A stretch of DNA of 64,000 bases from an uncultured Arcobacteraceae bacterium. Its GTDB lineage: Bacteria > Campylobacterota > Campylobacteria > Campylobacterales > Arcobacteraceae. Of the stretch, positions 9,570-19,842 are shown in pieces. The position numbers and the translations under genes were made by a program. Positions within the stretch are counted from its first letter, which is position 1. Each line of letters opens with the position of its first letter. The notes below the pieces were generated by a model. That model had not been told where the DNA came from. It searched no databases and saw nothing but the letters and a program-made list of their open reading frames with translations. The stretch spans positions 2,052 to 66,051 of the forward strand of contig CBFDEF010000001.1 in NCBI GenBank assembly GCA_965603755.1, in the 5' to 3' direction.

Positions 9570-10547
9570 CTAATTTTTGACTAAAAATCTCTCTTTAAAT
9601 ATTGATTTTAAACTATCATTTAATCCGTTGGAATTAAACATTATAAGCTCTCTATATAATCTTTGAAAAATAGAACAGCTAAGTATTGACTTACCACCAT
9701 TTAAAACCATAGCGGTAGTTACTATATCTTGTACTGTTAAAAAAAGTTCAATTCATAAGTTATCTAATTCTTCCAAATCATTTGAACCCATAAACATATC
9801 TTTTATTTGTTCAAGTTTTTTAAAAGCACCCTTTTTAAACTGTTCATCTTCAATATTTTTTATAGCATTTATTCCTATACCATAAATACAAAAATGGACT
9901 GTTTTTGAAGCAGATTTAACTTTTGTATAATTACCCATAACTTGAGATGAGACAATATCTTCATCTTTTACAAAATAGTTTTTCAATTCTATATTTACTG
10001 TATTTAAGCCATTTCCAACAAATGTTTTATCTGCTTGTCCTATAGAAAAATTATCACTATTTCTAAATAATGCCATAGCTTCAAGTTCATAACCATCAAA
10101 ATGAAAACCAATAAGTAAAGTATCAAATATCTTATATCCACTTGCCCAAGTTAATAATCCATTTAATAAGTAACCACCATCACACTTTTCCCCTGATACT
10201 ACAGTAACTGGCGCTCTTAAGTGATTGATAGCAATTCCACATTTTTTTTCAATATAGATATCTTTTTTACTATAATCATTTTTACCCATTATATTATTTG
10301 CTGCAAGTATTTGGATAACTAAAAAAGCCAATGTCCCGGATATTTGAGTAAGAGTTTTAAATAAAAGTAATTTATACTCATCTTGTATCTCTTTTTGCAA
10401 AGTTATTATATTTAGTGTACCACTTTTATAAACTATATCAAATAATTTTTCTAATACCTCGTACTCTTCATCTGCATTTAAATAACAATATTCTTCTGCT
10501 TCTTTTGATAATAGAAATAATTTGTTATTATATTCTTGTAAATTCAT
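9570..10547 (-). pseudogene. Acyl-CoA-dehydrogenase-fold protein interrupted by an in-frame TGA (264 codons, TGA, then 60 open codons); pseudogene or recoded gene
   Basis: ORF 9753..10547 ends at TGA (9753-9755). The same frame stays open for 60 more codons (IELFLTVQDIVTTAMVLNGGKSILSCSIFQRLYRELIMFNSNGLNDSLKSIFKERFLVKN) to TAG at 9570-9572. 'LLNGLLTWASG' and 'QRLYRE' resemble the ACAD middle and C-terminal domains. Confidence 0.5.
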
Positions 10548-10548
10548 T

Positions 10549-11424
10549 TTAGTCTATATACCTTTTTGTAATCTCTTCATAGTTTTCAATTCTTCTATCT
10601 CTTAAAAATGGCCACCATCTTCTAACATTTTCATTTCGTTGTAAATCAATATTAGCATACAGTATCTCCTCTTTATCATTGGATGCTTGTGCTAAATACT
10701 CACCTTGCGCACCAAAAACAAAAGAGTTACCCCAAAATTGTGTACCTTCTAATACTCCACTATCATCTGCTTCAAAACCAACTCTATTAACTGTAACAAC
10801 TGGCAATCCATTTGCTACGGCATGTCCTCTTTGAACTGCAATCCAAGCATCAAGCTGTCTTTTCTTTTCATCTTCATCATCTGAGTCAAACCAACCTATT
10901 GCAGTAGGATATATAAGTATATCAGCACCTTTTAAAGCCATCAATCTTGCAGCTTCTGGGTACCACTGATCCCAACATATCAAAACACCAAGTTTTCCAA
11001 TACTTGTAGTTATTGGCTCAAAACCAAGGTCACCAGGTGTAAAATAAAATTTTTCATAAAACCCTGGATCATCAGGTATATGCATCTTTCTATACATACC
11101 TGCAATACTACCATCAATATCAAATACTACTGCTGTATTATGATAAAGACCTGCTGCTCTTTTTTCAAATAAAGAAGTTACTAAAACAATACTATTTTCT
11201 TTTGCTACACTTGACCAAAACTTTTTATCATCTTCATAATTATTTGCTAAATCAAAACTATCAACATTTTCATTTTGGCAGAAATAATGTGTTTGATGTA
11301 ACTCTTGAAGTATCACAAGTTTAGTTCCATTTTTAGCGGCTTCATTTATTTGCAAAACTGTAGAGTTTATTGTTTCAGATTTAGAGTTATTATATTCTTG
11401 TTGTATTAGTGCAATTTTATACAA
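10549..11424 (-). CDS. aguB: N-carbamoylputrescine amidase (carbon-nitrogen hydrolase family)
   Basis: Nitrilase-superfamily triad context ('LQELH', 'YRKMHIPD', 'ICWDQWYPEAAR') and 'LIYPTAIGW', typical of AguB. 291 aa. Confidence 0.8.
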   Translation of the reverse strand: MYKIALIQQEYNNSKSETINSTVLQINEAAKNGTKLVILQELHQTHYFCQNENVDSFDLANNYEDDKKFWSSVAKENSIVLVTSLFEKRAAGLYHNTAVVFDIDGSIAGMYRKMHIPDDPGFYEKFYFTPGDLGFEPITTSIGKLGVLICWDQWYPEAARLMALKGADILIYPTAIGWFDSDDEDEKKRQLDAWIAVQRGHAVANGLPVVTVNRVGFEADDSGVLEGTQFWGNSFVFGAQGEYLAQASNDKEEILYANIDLQRNENVRRWWPFLRDRRIENYEEITKRYID

Positions 11425-11450
11425 GCTGTTCCTTTGGTAAATATGTTATT

Positions 11451-13229
11451 TTACTTTTCATTATTTATTGGTAATTCTATAAAAAACTTTGCACCAATGT
11501 TAGTATTTTCTACATATAGTTTACCACCTAAACTTTCAGTTATTATTTTATAACTCATATGTAAGCCTAAACCTGTACCTTGAGTTTGATGCTTTGTTGT
11601 AAAATATGGATCAAATATTTTTGGTATTATTTCAGATGGAATTCCTCCACCATTATCTTCTATTGTAATTACTGCAACATCTTCTTCTACTGTACACCCT
11701 ATTTTAATATATGGATCATCAATCTTTTTATCAACCAATACATCTTTTGCATTATTTATAATATTAATAATTACTTGTGACAATTCACCAAGAGTCATTT
11801 TTATTTTTATCTTTTTACTATGATTAATATTATTAACAAGTTTTATAAAATTATTATTTAAGGAGCTTGATATAATGTTTAATGCCCCATCAATTCTATC
11901 TTGAAGGACAACCTCTTTTAACTCTTTTTTTTCTTTTATAAAATCTCTAAAAGTATCAATAGTTTCAGATAGGAAATTTGCACTTCTAAGTATCGAATCA
12001 CAATAATCATTAAACTTATCATCATCTAATATATCGAACTCTTTCTGTATTTTCATTCCACTAGCAGATGTACTAATTAAACTTAATGGCTGTCTCCACT
12101 GATGTGCAATATTTCCAATCATCTCACCCATTTGTACCATTTTTGCAGAATCATATATTTGCTTATCTTTTTTTCTATTTAGCTCTTCTCTATTTTTAAT
12201 CTTCTCATCCATAATTAAAAAATTTGAAGCTAATAAAGCAAGTTCACTATAGTTTACATTTTCAATTTTTTTTATCTCTTTTCCATGTGCTATATCATCC
12301 ATATTTTGACTCATAATATTCAACGGTTTTAAAATTGATTTTGATAATCTTAATGAAAAATAGATAGATATAACCATCAATGCGACTATAAATAATATAA
12401 TAAAGAATATAAGTGTATTAAAACTATCAAATAAAAAATCATATCTCTCTCTTACAATAACAGTCCAGTTTAATTTTTCTGTAGTTCCATATATACCAAT
12501 ATTCTTTTCACCAGTTATACCATCAAATATGATCTGTTTATTTTTAAAATCTTTAGATAAGAATCTTTTTTGGATATCTGAACCATTTATAGTTTTTCTT
12601 TGTGATACTGTTTCTGGTTTATCAGGATTTGCTATAAAAATACCATTTTTATCAAGCACTCGAATCATTGATGATTTATCTAAACTATTAAATTTTTTAG
12701 CAAAATCATTTAAAATACTAAGATCAACAACCAAAATAGCTATAGTATTTTTATCTATTCGTAAAGAATATGCAATAGAAGGCAAACTTGTAGCATGAGA
12801 TAAAAACACCTCAGTCCAATAACTCTGATTTCCACCTTCTATAGCTTTAAAATATTTCATATTTGAATAATCATACCCTTTATATAATCTAGTTTTAATT
12901 GATGATCCAAAATCTTTTAGTATTCCATTGTTATCTAAAATTAAAATAGTTTTTATATTTTTTTGTACTCTTGTAAGTCCTTTAAGTAATGCATTCTTTT
13001 TAATTGGATATCTATCTTTTACATATTCACCCAAATATTCAATATTTTTAATTATATTATCTGATTCAATTATAACATGATTTAATATTTGTTGATGTTT
13101 ATAATATAAAGACTCCTCTTTTGATTTGTACATCTGATATAATACAAATGAAGTACCTACAACTAAAGGGATAGTTGTAAATAGAATTAAATATAATAAT
13201 ATATTAGATTTTAAACTTTTGAATTTCAT
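11451..13229 (-). CDS. Membrane sensor histidine kinase with a large Cache-like periplasmic domain
   Basis: A ~250-aa extracytoplasmic region lies between TM1 (ILLYLILFTTIPLVVG) and TM2 (LIFFIILFIVALMVISIYF). H-box 'IAHQWRQPL'; 'DNGGGIP', 'GTGLGLHMSY'. Confidence 0.85.
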   Translation of the reverse strand: MKFKSLKSNILLYLILFTTIPLVVGTSFVLYQMYKSKEESLYYKHQQILNHVIIESDNIIKNIEYLGEYVKDRYPIKKNALLKGLTRVQKNIKTILILDNNGILKDFGSSIKTRLYKGYDYSNMKYFKAIEGGNQSYWTEVFLSHATSLPSIAYSLRIDKNTIAILVVDLSILNDFAKKFNSLDKSSMIRVLDKNGIFIANPDKPETVSQRKTINGSDIQKRFLSKDFKNKQIIFDGITGEKNIGIYGTTEKLNWTVIVRERYDFLFDSFNTLIFFIILFIVALMVISIYFSLRLSKSILKPLNIMSQNMDDIAHGKEIKKIENVNYSELALLASNFLIMDEKIKNREELNRKKDKQIYDSAKMVQMGEMIGNIAHQWRQPLSLISTSASGMKIQKEFDILDDDKFNDYCDSILRSANFLSETIDTFRDFIKEKKELKEVVLQDRIDGALNIISSSLNNNFIKLVNNINHSKKIKIKMTLGELSQVIINIINNAKDVLVDKKIDDPYIKIGCTVEEDVAVITIEDNGGGIPSEIIPKIFDPYFTTKHQTQGTGLGLHMSYKIITESLGGKLYVENTNIGAKFFIELPINNEK

Positions 13230-13232
13230 ATA

Positions 13233-14342
13233 TTACTGATTTATTTTTACAAATTTTTTATTTTTTACTTCCATCATAAAAAACTCTCTCATAACATCTC
13301 CATATTTATCAAAGACTATATCACCTTGTAATCCATCATATTTGTTGATAGAAAGAATTCTTTCTTTTAATGTTGATAGATCTGAAGATTTTTTAAGATT
13401 TTTTATTAATATCTGTGCAAGTTCATACCCTTGTGTTGCAAATACAGATGGTAATGTGTTATATCTTTTTTTATATTTTTTTGAAAAACTCAAATAGTTT
13501 TTATGTTGTGACCCATCATCATACCCCTCGCTAAATAAAACACCCTCAACGAACGCTCCACCATTTGTAATAAAATCATTAGTTTTTGCCCAACCTGAGC
13601 CTAAAATTTTTGTATTTATTTTATTAATTCTTAAATATTGTATTATATTTGCACTATCTACAGCATTACCTACAATTAAAATAAGATCATGTTTAGTTGT
13701 TTTAATTTTTTTTAAAATACCTTCATAAGGTTCATTTAAATCAACTTTAGCCACATATTTATTACCACCTTGCTTAATTATAACATCTTCTAAAGTGATA
13801 CCATAATCATCTGAATATGTTTGATTTTTAGCATCATAAATAAAAAAAATATTTTTATATTTATTTTGAAGTAATATTTTAGCTAATGATTTATATCTCT
13901 TAGGTGAGTTATCAACTTGAACTCTAATAAAGTTATCATCTTTTCCTGAAAATGCACTACTACTTGCAGTAGCAGATATCATTAAACTATCTTTTTGTTT
14001 TGCAATTAGAGGAAGAGATATCTTTGTCATTGAACTAGTTGTATTTCCAATAATTAGTTTAATATCATTTTTAATGAAAAATTCTATTGCTTTTTTTGCT
14101 TCATTTTCATCTTGTTTGTCATCTTTTTGAATTATTTTAACTTTTTTATTATTTATCTTATAGTCAATCTCTTCAAAAGCCAAGGTAAAGCCATCTCTTA
14201 CACTTATACCTAAACTAGAATATTTTCCACTAAGACCAGCTATAAAACCAATTTTTATCTCTTCTTCTTTTTTATCACTACATCCAATAAAAAATATTGA
14301 TATAAATAAAACTAAAAATATACTTTTGAATATTCGTTTCAT
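13233..14342 (-). CDS. Lipoprotein solute-binding protein, LivK/type-1 (branched-chain amino-acid-binding-like) fold
   Basis: Lipobox 'FFIGCSD'. 'IKIGFIAGLSGKYSSLG' is typical of the Leu/Ile/Val-binding family. Sits 3 nt upstream of the kinase gene, with no permease genes nearby. Confidence 0.75.
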   Translation of the reverse strand: MKRIFKSIFLVLFISIFFIGCSDKKEEEIKIGFIAGLSGKYSSLGISVRDGFTLAFEEIDYKINNKKVKIIQKDDKQDENEAKKAIEFFIKNDIKLIIGNTTSSMTKISLPLIAKQKDSLMISATASSSAFSGKDDNFIRVQVDNSPKRYKSLAKILLQNKYKNIFFIYDAKNQTYSDDYGITLEDVIIKQGGNKYVAKVDLNEPYEGILKKIKTTKHDLILIVGNAVDSANIIQYLRINKINTKILGSGWAKTNDFITNGGAFVEGVLFSEGYDDGSQHKNYLSFSKKYKKRYNTLPSVFATQGYELAQILIKNLKKSSDLSTLKERILSINKYDGLQGDIVFDKYGDVMREFFMMEVKNKKFVKINQ

Positions 14343-14372
14343 AACTTTCCCTTTTTTATATATTATTATATC

Positions 14373-15197
14373 CTAGTCAAACTTCATTGAAAAATCTAGC
14401 CAAGTAGCTTGATGTATAATTGAACCACTACTAATAGCATCAATTCCACTTTTTAGATATGATTGAATTGTATCTTGTGTTATATTTCCACTAGCTTCTA
14501 ATAAAATATGTGGATATTTTTCATCTCTAAAATCAGCTACTTCTCTAATTTGAGAAGGGGTCATATTATCACACATAATAATATCTGCACCTGCATCCAT
14601 TGCTTCTTGAACCTGCTCAAAAGTTTCACATTCAATCTCAATTTTAGTTACCCAAGATATTCTTTTTCTAGCTTTTTTTACAAACTCTTTTAAATTGTCT
14701 ATAGTTTTTAGATGTGTATCTTTTAACATTAAACAATCATCAAGCCCAAGCCTATGATTAATTGCTCCACCAACTCTTGATGCATATTTTTCAAAGTTTC
14801 TTAACTGTGGTCTTGTTTTTCTTGTATCTAAAAGTACAACTTCACTGCCCTCTAGAAGTTTAGCGTAACTATTTGCACTAGTTGCAATTCCTGACGCATG
14901 TTGAAGTAAGTTTAAAAAAGTTCTTTCACTACTTAAAAGAATTGAAGCTTTACCCTCTAATTCGGCAATTATATCACCTTTATTTACTTTTTCTCCATCT
15001 TTGATTAAAAATTTACAATCAAATTTTTCAGCTCTTGCTAAAACCTTTGCATATTTAACACCAGCTAATATACCATCATCTTTTGCAATAACTCTAGCTG
15101 AAAATCTACCTTTTGGTGCTATATCAAAAAACAGATCACCTCTACCATTATCTTCAACAATTGCATTTTTTACAAATTTTCTAATATTTATACCCAT
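14373..15197 (-). CDS. nadC: Nicotinate-nucleotide pyrophosphorylase (quinolinate phosphoribosyltransferase)
   Basis: NadC-like throughout ('ERTFLNLLQHASGIAT', 'LLDTRKTRPQLR', 'GGAINHRLGL', 'IMCDNM'). Adjacent to nadA. Confidence 0.9.
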   Translation of the reverse strand: MGINIRKFVKNAIVEDNGRGDLFFDIAPKGRFSARVIAKDDGILAGVKYAKVLARAEKFDCKFLIKDGEKVNKGDIIAELEGKASILLSSERTFLNLLQHASGIATSANSYAKLLEGSEVVLLDTRKTRPQLRNFEKYASRVGGAINHRLGLDDCLMLKDTHLKTIDNLKEFVKKARKRISWVTKIEIECETFEQVQEAMDAGADIIMCDNMTPSQIREVADFRDEKYPHILLEASGNITQDTIQSYLKSGIDAISSGSIIHQATWLDFSMKFD

Positions 15198-15200
15198 AAC

Positions 15201-16193
15201 CTACACCTCTAACATTCGCATTAAAGCAATTTTTGCATATTTTTCTACATCTTCACTTATTGTAATTTCATTATCATATGTACCATTTTTTATTGACACT
15301 AATGTATTATATAAATCTTCAAGTGTCGTTTCATTCATTGTTGGACATTCTGGTTTTGTAGAACTTAAAATATATGTATTTTTATCTCTAAGTCTATTTA
15401 CCATATTAAACTCAGTTCCTACAACTACTTTTTGATCTTCTGATATATCTTGTGTGATATATTTAATCAGTTGAGAAGTACTTCCTACAAAATCAGCTTT
15501 ATCACAAACAGCAGGGTCACACTCAGGATGGACTGCTACTAAAATATCCGGATATTTTTCTTTATAAAAATCAACATCTTCAGGTGTAAATAGCTGATGT
15601 ACTGAACAAAAACCATTAAAACATATAATATCTGCGTTCTTTACATCTTCAATATCGTCTATACCTACTACAGCAGATTTAAGACCTATTTGTTTTGCAA
15701 AGTTTTGCCCAAGACATCTATCTGGTACAAAAAATATTTTTTTACCACTTTCTAGACCTCTATTTATAATTTTAAAGGCATTAGAACTTGTACAAACATA
15801 TCCACCCATTTTTCCAACTTCAGCTTTTACCTCTGCAGATGAGTTTATATATGTGATTGGAAGTATATCTTCGTTTGCAATACCAGCTTCATTAAGTATT
15901 TTTAAATTCATATTGTAATAATCAACATCAATCATCTTAGCCATTGCACAACATGCAATTTTTGGCATCATCACTCTTTTTTGAGGTGCTAGTACTTTTA
16001 CACTTTGACCCATAAATCCAACACCACAAAAAATGATATTTTCAGATTCACATTCCATTGCTCTTTTTGCTAATTCTAAACTATCACCAACAATATCACC
16101 CATCTCAAAAACTTCATCTTTTTGATAAAAGTGAGCAACAATAGTTACATCTAACTCTTTTTTTAATCTTACTATCTCTTCTTTATAATTCAT
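15201..16193 (-). CDS. nadA: Quinolinate synthase
   Basis: NadA pattern ('IVAHFYQ', 'DSLELA', 'YINSSAEVKA', 'HPEC', 'CPTMN'). Confidence 0.9.
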   Translation of the reverse strand: MNYKEEIVRLKKELDVTIVAHFYQKDEVFEMGDIVGDSLELAKRAMECESENIIFCGVGFMGQSVKVLAPQKRVMMPKIACCAMAKMIDVDYYNMNLKILNEAGIANEDILPITYINSSAEVKAEVGKMGGYVCTSSNAFKIINRGLESGKKIFFVPDRCLGQNFAKQIGLKSAVVGIDDIEDVKNADIICFNGFCSVHQLFTPEDVDFYKEKYPDILVAVHPECDPAVCDKADFVGSTSQLIKYITQDISEDQKVVVGTEFNMVNRLRDKNTYILSSTKPECPTMNETTLEDLYNTLVSIKNGTYDNEITISEDVEKYAKIALMRMLEV

Positions 16194-16352
16194 TACTTTT
16201 AAGTACCTTATTTATTATATATTTATAGTAGATTTTAACAATTGTAGACTTAAGAAAGAGTTATTTTTTTTGATAATATTTGTGAAATATTTATTTGATT
16301 ATATTTGAAACTCTTTTATATAAAGAGTATAGAGGTGGTTAATAAGTGATTA

Positions 16353-17312
16353 TTAACCGTTAAACTTAACGATAGCAGAACCCCATGTAAGTCCACCACC
16401 AAATGCATCTAATAATATTGTTTGACCATTAGATAATCTTCCGCTTTCATAGCAGTCATTAATTGCCATAGGGATAGAAGCAGATGAAGTATTTCCATAC
16501 TTATCAACTGTTAAAACCTTTTGCTTATCTTCAAATTTCAAGGCATCACCAACTGCTTTTATAATTCTATAGTTTGCTTGATGAGGAACAAAAAGATCAA
16601 TATCTTCATTTTTATATCCATTTTTTGCCATAATTTTTTGAACATCAGATGTAAGTGTTCTAACTGCAATTTTGAAAGTTTCATTCCCTTTCATCTGCAT
16701 AAATGTAGCTTCACCACTTTGTATACCTGGTGTTAAAAGAAGATCTTTTTGACTTCCATCAGAACTACAGTTCACATCAACTATAGCTTCTTCTTTATTT
16801 TGCGTAAGACTTATAACAGCAGCTCCAGCACCATCTCCAAAAAGCATACATGTAGTTCTATCTGTATAATCAACTATATTACTTAATTTTTCTGCACCAA
16901 TTATAAGTACATTTTTTTTCATACCAGACTCTATAAATGCTTTAGCAACACTAAGTGCATAGATAAATCCAGTACAAGCAGCACTAATATCAAGTGCCAT
17001 AATATCTTTTATACCTAATTTTTCAGAGATTAAACATGCAGTTGAAGGCATACACATATAATCTGGACTAATAGTCGCACAAATAATTAAGTCAATATCT
17101 TCATTCTTTAAACCAGCTCGATCAATTGCAACTTGACCAGCTTTTGCCCCTAAATCACTTGTATTTTCTTCTTCAGAAGCTATTCGTCTTTGTTTTATAC
17201 CTGTTCTTTTTGTAATCCACTCATCTGTAGTATCCATTCTATCAATAAACCATTGGTTTGAACGAATCTCATCAGGTATATAAGCACCAATAGATCTAAA
17301 AGTTGCATACAT
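16353..17312 (-). CDS. fabH: 3-oxoacyl-ACP synthase III
   Basis: KAS III: '[16 protein letters not shown]', active-site '[10 protein letters not shown]', 'HQANYRI', 'GNTSSASIP'. Confidence 0.95.
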   Translation of the reverse strand: MYATFRSIGAYIPDEIRSNQWFIDRMDTTDEWITKRTGIKQRRIASEEENTSDLGAKAGQVAIDRAGLKNEDIDLIICATISPDYMCMPSTACLISEKLGIKDIMALDISAACTGFIYALSVAKAFIESGMKKNVLIIGAEKLSNIVDYTDRTTCMLFGDGAGAAVISLTQNKEEAIVDVNCSSDGSQKDLLLTPGIQSGEATFMQMKGNETFKIAVRTLTSDVQKIMAKNGYKNEDIDLFVPHQANYRIIKAVGDALKFEDKQKVLTVDKYGNTSSASIPMAINDCYESGRLSNGQTILLDAFGGGLTWGSAIVKFNG

Positions 17313-17315
17313 TGG

Positions 17316-18305
17316 CTAGTCCTTGAATTCTTTTAGTTTTTCTTCAATATGAAGATTTAAATTAGAGTCAGCAGCAGCTATAGCTTGAAAAATTGCATTT
17401 GTCATAGCCTTTGCATTTGATTTTCCATGTGCAATAATAACAGGCGCTTTTACACCAATTAATGGTGCTCCACCATACTCTGCATAATCAACTTTAAGTT
17501 TAAGTTTTTTAAAAACTTTTCTCATTAAAACTGCACCTGTAATAGAAACTAATGATCTTCGCAAATTATTTTTTATAATTTTACCAATAGTATCTGCTAC
17601 ACCCTCTGCTGTTTTTAGCATAATGTTTCCAATAAATCCATCACATACTACAACATCAACAGTTCCATTAAAAATATCACTACCTTCAACATTACCAACA
17701 TAATTAGGAAGTGGTTCTAAAAGTTTAAAAGCAGCTTTTGTCACTTCATTACCTTTTGATTCCTCTTCTCCATTACTTAATAATCCTGTTAAAGGGTTAT
17801 CAATTCCAAGTACATCCTCTGCATAAACTTGCCCCATGATACCAAACTCTTTTAAGTTATTTGGATCACAATCAACATTTGCACCAACATCTAGAACTAA
17901 AGTTGTCCCATTTACTGTTGGCATTAATGTAGCAATTGCAGGTCTGCTTACACCTTTAATTCTTCCTATTCTAAGTGTTGCTAAACTCATTGAAGCACCA
18001 CTGTGTCCTGCACTAACATAAGCATCTGCTTCGCCGTTTCGCACAAGTTCTATAGCTATATATGCACTACTATCTTTTCTTTTTAAAGCATCAGTAGCAT
18101 GATCATGCATATCTATTACATCATTACAATCATGAATAATAACACGACTATCAAATTTTTGAGGAATTAAAGGTAAAAGCTCATCTTTTCTACCAACCAT
18201 TACAGCTGTAAAATGTCTGTCTTTTTTTAGTGCTGATATTACACCTTCTACAATAGGAGCAGGACCGAAGTCTCCACCCATTGCATCAATTGCTATTTTA
18301 AGCAT
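17316..18305 (-). CDS. plsX: Phosphate acyltransferase PlsX
   Basis: '[13 protein letters not shown]', 'SAGHSGA', 'GFIGN'. I place the start at ATG 18305 (MLKIAID...), which overlaps the rpmF stop (ATGCTTAA). The track's start at 18323 would lie inside rpmF. Confidence 0.9.
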   Translation of the reverse strand: MLKIAIDAMGGDFGPAPIVEGVISALKKDRHFTAVMVGRKDELLPLIPQKFDSRVIIHDCNDVIDMHDHATDALKRKDSSAYIAIELVRNGEADAYVSAGHSGASMSLATLRIGRIKGVSRPAIATLMPTVNGTTLVLDVGANVDCDPNNLKEFGIMGQVYAEDVLGIDNPLTGLLSNGEEESKGNEVTKAAFKLLEPLPNYVGNVEGSDIFNGTVDVVVCDGFIGNIMLKTAEGVADTIGKIIKNNLRRSLVSITGAVLMRKVFKKLKLKVDYAEYGGAPLIGVKAPVIIAHGKSNAKAMTNAIFQAIAAADSNLNLHIEEKLKEFKD

Positions 18306-18459
18306 CTTTATTGTTATACTCACCTGTTGTAGGGTTTACGTTATGAGGCATTTTCCATGTCCCATCTGTATCTTTAACTGGTCTTTTTAATGTAATTTTA
18401 TAGTGAGTTCTTCTTTTTGCACTTCTTGAGTGTGAAACTCGTCTCTTTGGTACTGCCAT
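18298..18459 (-). CDS. rpmF: 50S ribosomal protein L32 (not in the ORF track; 53 aa)
   Basis: Hand translation gives [53 protein letters not shown]. This is the canonical L32 N-terminus 'MAVPKRR.S..R' in the classical yceD-rpmF-plsX-fabH position. Confidence 0.9.
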   Translation of the reverse strand: MAVPKRRVSHSRSAKRRTHYKITLKRPVKDTDGTWKMPHNVNPTTGEYNNKDA

Positions 18460-18468
18460 TTTATATCC

Positions 18469-18855
18469 TTAATATTCTATTTCTACAAATTTATCATCGT
18501 TTTTACAAGTATCACATAGATAATACTCGCTATTTAATGATTCAATTTCACTGTGTAATATCTCGTCAAAATCAACTATGTGATTTTCAACTTCTATTAC
18601 GATTGCTTCTTCATCATCCCTACTATCTGGTGTATAAATACCATCACTAACTAAAAAATTAATCTTTTCATTTAGTTCAATATTTAGTGTAGCCCCACAT
18701 TTACAGCAGTCTACATCACAATTACCAAGTAAAGTTGTATCTACTTTTGCTAGATTTGATGTAATTTTACTAAAAGTACCTAAAAACTTTACTGAATTTG
18801 ATGATATTTCAAATTCAGTAGGTTCTATAGGCAGTTTTCTAAATTCAATTTTCAC
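18469..18855 (-). CDS. yceD: YceD/DUF177 family protein (23S rRNA accumulation protein)
   Basis: 128 aa, acidic, with Cys pairs 'CCKCG' and 'CDTC'. Lies immediately upstream (9 nt) of rpmF, as in most bacteria. Confidence 0.75.
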   Translation of the reverse strand: MKIEFRKLPIEPTEFEISSNSVKFLGTFSKITSNLAKVDTTLLGNCDVDCCKCGATLNIELNEKINFLVSDGIYTPDSRDDEEAIVIEVENHIVDFDEILHSEIESLNSEYYLCDTCKNDDKFVEIEY

Positions 18856-18887
18856 TGATTTTTACTTACTTTTTTAATAAATTATAA

Positions 18888-19301
18888 TTAACAAATATCT
18901 TTTTGTGCAAAAAAGAAATTAATTTCGTTTGTTGCATTTTCAACAGAATCAGATCCGTGTACTGCATTTGCATCAATTGATTCAGCAAAATCAGCTCTGA
19001 TTGTTCCAGCAGCTGCTTCTTTAGGGTTAGTAGCACCCATTAAATCTCTGTTTGTTGCCATTGCATTGTCACCTTCAAGAACTGTTACTACAACTGGTCC
19101 TGAAATCATAAATTCAACTAATTCACCAAAGAAAGGTCTCTCTGCATGTACTGCATAAAATGCTTCTGCATCTGCTTGACTTAATTGGATTTTTTTTGTT
19201 GCAGCAATTCTTAATCCTGCATCTTCAAATCTTGATAATATCTTACCAACTACATTTTTTGCTACTGCGTCTGGTTTGATGATTGATAATGTTTGTTCCA
19301 T
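18888..19301 (-). CDS. ndk: Nucleoside diphosphate kinase
   Basis: '[10 protein letters not shown]', 'NAVHGSDS' active-site His context. 137 aa. Confidence 0.95.
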   Translation of the reverse strand: MEQTLSIIKPDAVAKNVVGKILSRFEDAGLRIAATKKIQLSQADAEAFYAVHAERPFFGELVEFMISGPVVVTVLEGDNAMATNRDLMGATNPKEAAAGTIRADFAESIDANAVHGSDSVENATNEINFFFAQKDIC

Positions 19302-19434
19302 TATATCTCCTGTTTTTATTTTTATTTACCGTTACTCATAAATCATATAAAAAATAGATTTTTAAATGATTTATCTCAACGTTGTGGTAAAAACCACATT
19401 AAAAGTTGCGCATTATATCTTAAAAATAAAAAAA

Positions 19435-19460
19435 AGGCAAGAGAAATTAATCTCCTACCT
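19435..19460 (-). terminator. Probable terminator downstream of the ferredoxin gene
   Basis: Imperfect 10-bp stem (8/10 paired) aggcaagaga/tctcctacct with a 6-nt loop, followed on the minus strand by a long U-run. Confidence 0.5.
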
Positions 19461-19488
19461 TTTTTAAGAATATTTTAAATAGTTTAGA

Positions 19489-19749
19489 CTATTCTTCGAT
19501 ACAAGCCTCACCAGCAACTGCACCATCTGTTGTAGGATTTTCTCCCCAAACGATACAAGCTTCTGTAGGACAAGCTTCAGCACATGCTGGAGCTGTTCCT
19601 GCTTCTGCACACTCATCACAAGTTTCTGGATTTACATAGTAAATATCCTCACCTGTTGGGTTTTCATCGTTATCAACGATAGATTCAGTTGGACACTCAT
19701 CTAAACAAGCATCACATGAAATACATGTATCTGTAATAATTACTGCCAT
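19489..19749 (-). CDS. 4Fe-4S ferredoxin
   Basis: 86 aa, very acidic, with Cys clusters 'CISCDACLDECP' and 'CDEC..(8)..CAEACP'. Confidence 0.85.
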   Translation of the reverse strand: MAVIITDTCISCDACLDECPTESIVDNDENPTGEDIYYVNPETCDECAEAGTAPACAEACPTEACIVWGENPTTDGAVAGEACIEE

Positions 19750-19842
19750 TTTAATTCTCCTAAAATTTATTTGAATAACTTTATCATATAAAAAATAAAA
19801 TTACCTTTAAAATTTTATATATAATATATTTTATTTAAATAT

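Noticed and set aside
9690-9755. Reading the in-frame TGA of the ACAD-like gene as selenocysteine.
   Set aside because: I find no convincing SECIS-type hairpin just 3' of the TGA; the best candidate is a 6-bp stem with G-U pairs about 30 nt downstream. The site lies in a helical, non-redox region, and no ACAD-fold selenoprotein is known to me. Recoding remains an open alternative in the finding, but Sec is not favoured.
18306-18323. The longer plsX start (MSITIK...).
   Set aside because: It would lie inside the L32 coding sequence. The ATG at 18305 gives the conserved '[12 protein letters not shown]' N-terminus and the classic ATGCTTAA stop/start overlap with rpmF.
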